The position numbers and the translations under genes were made by a program. From the IMG/VR virus record IMGVR_UViG_3300010338_000991: a stretch of DNA of 29,228 nt. One strand, written 5' to 3'. Numbering within the stretch: position 1 is the stretch's first letter; each line of letters begins with the position of its first letter. This document shows positions 24,675 through 29,228 of this stretch, one piece after another. The notes beneath the pieces were generated by a model. That model saw only the letters and a list, made by a program, of their open reading frames with translations, ran no database searches and had not been told where the DNA came from. The DNA is from a virus.

Positions 24675-25666
24675 TGGCTAAAAGATTTGGAAATCAATAC
24701 AGAATCGCTATTGGCAAAGAGACAAGCTACGGTAGTGGCTTCACGAAGACAAGCACAAGCGGAACGCCTGTAGTCGGAAGCGTGGCATGGACTGATCTGC
24801 TTGTCCATTCCGGCGTTATCAATATGACGCCCACAATCAACACTGCTCAAACGACATACAAAAGCGGATTGACCGTAACGCATCCCTGTGAAGAAGTGCA
24901 GACTACCTCGATGGGAACCGTTACCGTTTCTGGCGACGCATCTCTTGCTATCCTCCAAAAATATATTGGCGGGGTGATGGTTGAACGCGCATTTCCACCG
25001 GCTATGGTGTTTCCTGCAGATACAGCAGATATTCCTTCTTTCGTGCTGTATCAGATTTGGGATGATGCCCCCTCTGAAGGGAAATTCAAAGTTAATCGCG
25101 TCAAGGGCGCAAAATTGCAACAGCTTGTCATTACCGGCTCACAGGGTGGACTTATCCAATTTGAGGCTACATTCGAGACGCAGACCGTAGAGCGCGAAGT
25201 TCAGCAAGAAATAACTGGCATTGATCCCGGCAGAATCTGCGGAACAGCGCTTCAGTTTGGTGAGGTAGATGCGAGTTTGGCGATGGGCAATGCGGCTACC
25301 GCATTAGACACATTCTCCATAACATTCACAAACGAGTTTACTGCTGATGCGTCCAAATTTGCCAATAATATGACGCTGTTCAATCCGCATATCATAAAAC
25401 AAGGCGGCGAGATTAGCTACACTTGTAATTACGACAGTGCTGGAGCGGAAATTAACTTAAGCATTATTAGCGACCCAGAGACGATTAATACCGACACGAT
25501 AACTATAATGTCTGGAGTAAATTACTTTCAGGCTATTATTCCCAGTATTGCAACATCGCTTGATGTGCCGGACGTTGAGCGCGATTACTTCAAGCTTAAC
25601 TACACAGGTCGCATTATAAGTGATGGCGTAAGCAATGTGCCAGAAGTTAATATCTCAAACGCATAG
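24674..25666 (+). CDS. Major tail (tube) protein candidate (330 aa)
   Basis: GGAGG upstream; position immediately before the chaperone pair and tape measure. Confidence 0.45.
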   Translation: MAKRFGNQYRIAIGKETSYGSGFTKTSTSGTPVVGSVAWTDLLVHSGVINMTPTINTAQTTYKSGLTVTHPCEEVQTTSMGTVTVSGDASLAILQKYIGGVMVERAFPPAMVFPADTADIPSFVLYQIWDDAPSEGKFKVNRVKGAKLQQLVITGSQGGLIQFEATFETQTVEREVQQEITGIDPGRICGTALQFGEVDASLAMGNAATALDTFSITFTNEFTADASKFANNMTLFNPHIIKQGGEISYTCNYDSAGAEINLSIISDPETINTDTITIMSGVNYFQAIIPSIATSLDVPDVERDYFKLNYTGRIISDGVSNVPEVNISNA

Positions 25667-25676
25667 GAGATAAACA

Positions 25677-26027
25677 ATGAGCAAATTCAAAAACTGTTTC
25701 GCTACGGCGAATGATATGCGCGACTATGATATCGTCATTGACGGTGAGATCGTAGCGAAGGCGCATACTCTGACGATTCAGGATAAAGCGGAAATAGAGC
25801 GCAAGAGCATCACAAAAACCTTAAACGCGAACGGCGTCAATACGGACATCAATTCTAATGCGCTCATGCTTTATACCGTATTGCGCGCTTTGGATTCATG
25901 GATCATTGACGCACCGCTAAACGAAGAGAACCTTGGCAAACATCCGATGCTGATGGACATGTTCAATGCCGTTACCCAACACGAAACAGATGTTGCCCAA
26001 ACCATGCGAGATAATGAAAAAAACTGA
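25677..26027 (+). CDS. Tail assembly chaperone (G-like)
   Basis: Small acidic protein directly upstream of the tape measure gene, ending in the slippery heptamer A_AAA_AAC just before its stop. Confidence 0.55.
   Translation: MSKFKNCFATANDMRDYDIVIDGEIVAKAHTLTIQDKAEIERKSITKTLNANGVNTDINSNALMLYTVLRALDSWIIDAPLNEENLGKHPMLMDMFNAVTQHETDVAQTMRDNEKN
26018..26024 (+). other. Programmed -1 frameshift site (A AAA AAC) giving a G-T fusion chaperone
   Basis: Heptamer is in X_XXY_YYZ phase with the 25677 frame; the -1 frame is open from here into ORF 26036-26350. Confidence 0.55.
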
Positions 26028-26035
26028 TACGATCG

Positions 26036-26350
26036 GTGGAGGTCTTATTCCGCACAGACCCCGCCGATCCATTCCGAGATAATAACATGAAAACGTCCAT
26101 GTGTCGCCACTGCGAGTTAGACCAAACCTGCGAAAAACTACAGGATTACCCTAAAATCAGCCATCTATCCGCGTGGCTGATTAAGTGGCATTATGAAATT
26201 GAGGCGGGATTTGTGATCTATCCGCGTGGTGGCTCGTGGGAAAACCAATGGCAATGGTTCATCGATGGTCTCGGCATCGTGCGGAACACTGTTGCGCAAG
26301 AAGAAATGCGAAAAGCTCAAGAAGGATCGAAAAAACATGGCAGATTATAG
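26036..26350 (+). CDS. Tail assembly chaperone T-extension (expressed as a -1 frameshift fusion with 25677-26027)
   Basis: ORF in the -1 frame relative to the G gene, overlapping the tape measure start. Confidence 0.5.
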   Translation: MEVLFRTDPADPFRDNNMKTSMCRHCELDQTCEKLQDYPKISHLSAWLIKWHYEIEAGFVIYPRGGSWENQWQWFIDGLGIVRNTVAQEEMRKAQEGSKKHGRL

Positions 26351-28811
26351 CGGAGACCTTAAATATCGCATCACCGTAGATGGCGCAGAGGCGTCACAAG
26401 CTAAGCTTTCCGGTCTCGGAGCTTCGTTCAAGAGTGTCGCTTCGACCGTCGCAGCAAGTGTTGCAGCGATGGTGTCCTTCCGAAAAGCAATCGAGTTTGC
26501 TGGCAATGCAATGGCAAACTACGAGAATGCGATCCGAGCGGTACGCCAGCTTGACGCGACCCTGGTGTCCACCGGCAGAGCAGCAGAATTCACCTCGCAA
26601 GAACTCAAGAATATGGCTTCAGAGCTGCAAAGGCTAAGCAATTTCGGTGATGAAGACATACTGCAGGGCGTAACGCTGCAGCTGCTTCGCTTTGATGCCA
26701 TCGGTAGGGATATCTTTCCACGCGCACAGCAGCTTGTAATTGACCTTGCCGAATCTATGGGCGGTGTAGAAAATGCTGCAAGAACTCTTGGCATCTCTTT
26801 GGCTGACCCGACTCTTGGTCTCACGCGCTTACGCAGAATAGGCGTGGCCTTTAATTCCACACAGGAAGCGCAAATTAAAAACTTTGTGGAGACAGGTAAA
26901 GTAGCTGAGGCACAAGCGGTTTTGATGTCTGCGTTAGAGGAGCGTTTTGGCGGATTGGCTTTGGCGTCTGTATCTGCGACCACACAAATGAAAAATGCTT
27001 GGGGCGATTACTTAGAAAGCGTTGGATCTTCGCTCTCCTTTTTCGATGGAGTCAAACGCGGCATTACTGCAATGTTGGTCAGTGTAGCGGGGGCGCACGA
27101 TGTTACATCGAAATCCGCTCAGCTTGCTGCGCTGGAAACACAAAAAGCTTGGGGTGAGGCAACAATAAACATTGGCAATATTATAGCCGATATATCTACC
27201 GGAGTTGTTGCTGTTATACATGGCGTGATCAAGGCGTTTGATTTTGCCGGGAAGGCGATCCCCACTGCGCTTGGGCTCGCTATGGAAGGAGCGCATTTAG
27301 TCGTTGCGTCTTCAATGAATTCCATCGTTGACCTAATTTTCTCACCAATAGAAGGCTTGTTTAATGATATTGATGCTGTTTATGCTAAAATAACTGGGAA
27401 ATCGCTTGGTATTACCAATGCCTTTGACGCTGTACGCATCGATGTTACTGGTGTAAGGGCAGACATTTCCAGCAGCGCAGACGATCTTTCTTTGTTATGG
27501 ATTGATGTTAAGGAGTTTTATCGCACGTGGGGAGATGTTGCCTCCGGTATCGCGACAGGAAAATTTAGCAACGCAGACGAACAAATTAAATTGCTGCGCG
27601 AAGGCATTGACGCACAGCGTAAGGCAATTGAAAACGGGCTTCTAAACATAGATTTGCCTGAATCAAAAGGCAGCAAGGAAGATCGCGGCGGCATGGGCGG
27701 CGATATTGCGCAAATTACAAACTATTATGATACCATAATGGCATTAAACAATAGCACATCGCAGCAGATCATGGATAAGTACAACAAAATGCGTGCTGCG
27801 CTTGACGAATATTTGCGCGCCAATACCAAAAGCCAAGAAGAGTATCAAAACAAGCTTAGACTTGGTCTAGCAGAAATCGCCAAAGCAGAAACAGCCGAAT
27901 TGGCTGCGGAAAAAGAACGCCAGCTGTCTATGGTAGAATCCTTTGTCAATTCTGTTATCAATCTTAATGCGTCTGAAAAAGATGCCATTGCCAAAAAGTA
28001 TGCGGATATGCGCACAACAGCAGAAGCATTTTATGCGGACGGCTTGATGTCTGAACAAGCGTTTAGCGATGCAATTACACAAATAAACCAAGCAGAACTT
28101 GATGCCATTACAAATTTGGAAGCTAAACGTCTTGATCTGCGCATACAAACGCTTGGTAGCATTCGCGGTTTTGAAGATGAGTTTTACCATGCCAGGATTA
28201 CACAGATTGACGCCGAAACCGAAAAGTTGCGCGAAGCAGGATTAGCAGAGATAGAAATTGAAGCATGGAAGCTGCAGCAGATAGCTGAACTTGAAACTGA
28301 AATTCACCAGCGCAGAATTGACCAAATGTCTGAATATGAGCGCTTTGTTCTGGGTTCCGATCAGCGGATAATGAACACGCTGGAAGGCTCTCTTGCCAAT
28401 TCACTCGCAAGCATGATTTCCGGGACCAAATCCGCATTAGATGTGTGGAGATCTCTTTGGGCGAATGTTGCGCAAGCCGTTATTGCAGAAATCAGCAAAA
28501 TTATCGTAAAGGCACTATTCGCCAACACATTGCTCAAGGGCTTGGGCATGATCGGCAATTTTTTCTTCCCCGCAGCTGGAATAATAACACCAGTTGTAGC
28601 GCAAGGCGCAAATTTGCTTAGCAACAATCCTATACACAACACGCCAACAATCCCAAGCAATAACAACAATGTCGTGCAATTGATGAGGAAAATAGATTCA
28701 TTAATTGAATCGATAGAAAATAACCCGCCACAAATATATACTCAATTAATAGAAGGCGTTCCGCTCAATAATGCAGTGCGCAGGGCTTCGGTGATGGCTA
28801 ATGAGTTATAA
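26337..28811 (+). CDS. Tail tape measure protein (about 824 aa; ORF track starts at 26226)
   Basis: Long Ala/Glu/Lys/Gln-rich protein after the chaperone pair; hydrophobic Gly-rich C-terminal segment. Confidence 0.75.
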   Translation: MADYSGDLKYRITVDGAEASQAKLSGLGASFKSVASTVAASVAAMVSFRKAIEFAGNAMANYENAIRAVRQLDATLVSTGRAAEFTSQELKNMASELQRLSNFGDEDILQGVTLQLLRFDAIGRDIFPRAQQLVIDLAESMGGVENAARTLGISLADPTLGLTRLRRIGVAFNSTQEAQIKNFVETGKVAEAQAVLMSALEERFGGLALASVSATTQMKNAWGDYLESVGSSLSFFDGVKRGITAMLVSVAGAHDVTSKSAQLAALETQKAWGEATINIGNIIADISTGVVAVIHGVIKAFDFAGKAIPTALGLAMEGAHLVVASSMNSIVDLIFSPIEGLFNDIDAVYAKITGKSLGITNAFDAVRIDVTGVRADISSSADDLSLLWIDVKEFYRTWGDVASGIATGKFSNADEQIKLLREGIDAQRKAIENGLLNIDLPESKGSKEDRGGMGGDIAQITNYYDTIMALNNSTSQQIMDKYNKMRAALDEYLRANTKSQEEYQNKLRLGLAEIAKAETAELAAEKERQLSMVESFVNSVINLNASEKDAIAKKYADMRTTAEAFYADGLMSEQAFSDAITQINQAELDAITNLEAKRLDLRIQTLGSIRGFEDEFYHARITQIDAETEKLREAGLAEIEIEAWKLQQIAELETEIHQRRIDQMSEYERFVLGSDQRIMNTLEGSLANSLASMISGTKSALDVWRSLWANVAQAVIAEISKIIVKALFANTLLKGLGMIGNFFFPAAGIITPVVAQGANLLSNNPIHNTPTIPSNNNNVVQLMRKIDSLIESIENNPPQIYTQLIEGVPLNNAVRRASVMANEL

Positions 28812-29228
28812 ACTTGTTTACATTGATCACAATGATTACGAGCACACTTTTTATAATGTGCTTAATTTTAGCATTGATCCTATACAAGCTAATACAGACA
28901 ACATTTTTACTTCATCCGGCAGAAAGCTAAGCATAACAATCCCCTATGATGCTTCCGCCATAAACGCATTCCACAATAACGATCAGCCGAATGAAATATA
29001 TCCGGAATATTTAGCAGGGCACTTTAGATTCTTTAAGGATAACGAAGTAATTTTTATTGGCATGGCAAAAGTTACATTTATCGACATTGATGAGCAGAAT
29101 GCAGAGATACAATTTAGGATTTCAGACGCTCTTGATCTTTGGATCGATTTAGCCAAATCAACAAACTTTGATGTAAAGGCTGCGGAACAAAAAGTGATAC
29201 ATTTGCGACCATCAACCGGAGATTATAC
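28801..29228 (+). CDS. Tail protein, 5' part (ATG at 28801 overlapping the tape-measure stop; runs off the window end and continues at 1-1184; full product about 494 aa)
   Basis: Open frame from ATG 28801 with no stop to the window end; the last 127 nt equal bases 1-127 and the frame matches ORF 93-1184; position immediately downstream of the tape measure gene. Confidence 0.5.
   Translation, partial: MSYKLVYIDHNDYEHTFYNVLNFSIDPIQANTDNIFTSSGRKLSITIPYDASAINAFHNNDQPNEIYPEYLAGHFRFFKDNEVIFIGMAKVTFIDIDEQNAEIQFRISDALDLWIDLAKSTNFDVKAAEQKVIHLRPSTGDY
29102..29228. repeat. Terminal overlap copy 2: identical to 1-127
   Basis: Same as above; unique genome length is therefore about 29101 bp. Confidence 0.85.

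Noticed and set aside
26380-28669. Multiple ORFs on both strands inside the tape measure gene
   Set aside because: Nested within a long, continuous, compositionally coherent ORF; typical shadow ORFs of an Ala-rich coding region
1-29228. Genome-wide TAG reassignment (suggested by the in-frame TAG in the transposase)
   Set aside because: Several phage ORFs appear to terminate at TAG at sensible gene boundaries (for example 1182-1184, 4108-4110, 5938-5940), and long phage ORFs are not fragmented by TAG

Overview
The window looks like a complete, circularly closed dsDNA tailed-phage genome of about 29.1 kb (siphovirus-like layout): bases 1-127 are repeated exactly at 29102-29228, and a tail gene reads in phase across that junction. 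A control/origin region at about 13.82-14.35 kb holds three families of tandem iteron-like repeats, an 18-bp perfect palindrome and a sigma70-like promoter, and two transcription units diverge from it. The minus-strand unit (13987 down to 6469) carries an HTH regulator, a DUF4373-type replisome organiser, a DnaC-like loader, several small Cys-rich proteins, a RecT/Bet-like annealase and a RusA resolvase. It is interrupted by an IS3-family insertion sequence (about 9905-11260) whose transposase has an intact -1 frameshift site but an in-frame TAG. The plus-strand unit (14353, through the junction, to 6249) starts with a ParB-like nuclease-domain gene, a C5 cytosine DNA methyltransferase and a compact SAM synthetase (MetK), the most interesting candidate system here. 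It continues with small and large terminase, portal, Mu F-like head protein, scaffold, major capsid, connector and tail genes, a tail-assembly chaperone pair with a canonical -1 slippery site, tape measure, tail-fibre genes and a GC-richer lysis cassette. Convergent terminators lie at about 6.27-6.34 kb. No integrase, rRNA, tRNA or CRISPR array was seen. All calls come from reading motifs and synteny by eye; no search or computation was run.
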